64,000 nt of DNA from positions 3,084 to 67,083 of the forward strand of contig CAMCRT010000002.1 in assembly GCA_945877355.1 (NCBI GenBank). The letters run 5' to 3'. Under the pieces are notes generated by a model that made no database searches, was not told the origin of the DNA, and was given only the letters and a program-made list of their open reading frames with translations. The position numbers and the translations under genes were made by a program. Below are positions 63,701 to 64,000 of this stretch, one piece after another. The number at the start of each line of letters is the position of its first letter. Within the stretch, counting starts at the first letter, position 1. The DNA comes from an uncultured Mitsuokella sp. (GTDB taxonomy: Bacteria > Bacillota > Negativicutes > Selenomonadales > Selenomonadaceae).

Positions 63701-64000
63701 ACACGTTCCTGACTGCCCAATCGGAGGACCTCGTAAAGGCCAAGGAGGACCTCGGCAAGATCCTGCAGGAGATGGACACCGCCATGACGGAGCAGTTCAC
63801 CGCTGCCTTCGCCGATATCCAGAAATACTTTGCGGATATCTTCGTGCGCCTCTTCGGCGGCGGCAAGGCGGAGCTTCGCCTGCTGGACGACAGCGACGTA
63901 CTCAATACTGGCGTGGATATCCTCGTGACGCTTCCCCAGAAGAAGCGGCAGAATCTGGCGGCACTCTCCGGTGGGGAGAGGACGCTCACCGTCATCGCGC
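60703..64000 (+). CDS. smc: Chromosome segregation protein SMC (5' part, runs off the window)
   Basis: From GTG 60703 the sequence reads [52 protein letters not shown], then a long coiled coil, a hinge (GRVTFLPL...) and LSGGERTL at the window end. It is absent from the ORF track because no stop lies in the window. Confidence 0.92.
   Translation, partial: [1099 protein letters not shown]

Overview
GC-rich chromosomal window with about 50 mostly plus-strand genes. The content mixes Firmicute-type features with a full outer-membrane biogenesis block. The Firmicute-type features are an ileS T-box leader, a cdaA-cdaR-glmM operon and lon-engB. The outer-membrane block runs eptA-like, tamB, sigma factor, bamA, three OmpH/Skp paralogues, lpxD and a lipid A acyltransferase. 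I infer a diderm Firmicute (Negativicutes, Selenomonas-like). Other modules, in order: an MFS efflux gene, a PucR regulator and an AdoMetDC-like gene; a Crp/Fnr-headed ccmABCEF operon followed by nrfHA (ammonifying nitrite reductase); motAB; acpS-nnr; ilvE; cbiK, oadGB, cbiL and a binding protein; ileS; a CsoR-family repressor; sbcCD; lon-engB; a siroheme decarboxylase-like pair (ahbAB-like); an aminotransferase; a LysR regulator; and the 5' part of smc. Four items are most worth a second look. (1) The Ccm system is the Cys-type (CxxxY CcmE, no ccmD/G/H) variant, and its promoter and the nrfHA promoter share an identical TGTTGC-N4-GCAACG box in class II activator geometry. (2) A visibly AT-rich islet (about 50.6-54.2 kb) around tRNA-Gly(CCC) interrupts the LPS/OM cluster; it carries an uncharacterised gene with a GHKL(MORC-like) N-terminus and an HExxH C-terminus, split at a G5 tract. 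(3) A sigma factor plus a single-pass membrane protein sit between tamB and bamA, followed by an unassigned signal-peptide protein with a beta-barrel-like C-terminus. (4) The AdoMetDC homologue lacks the autoprocessing serine. All calls come from reading the ORF translations and DNA by eye. No database search was run.
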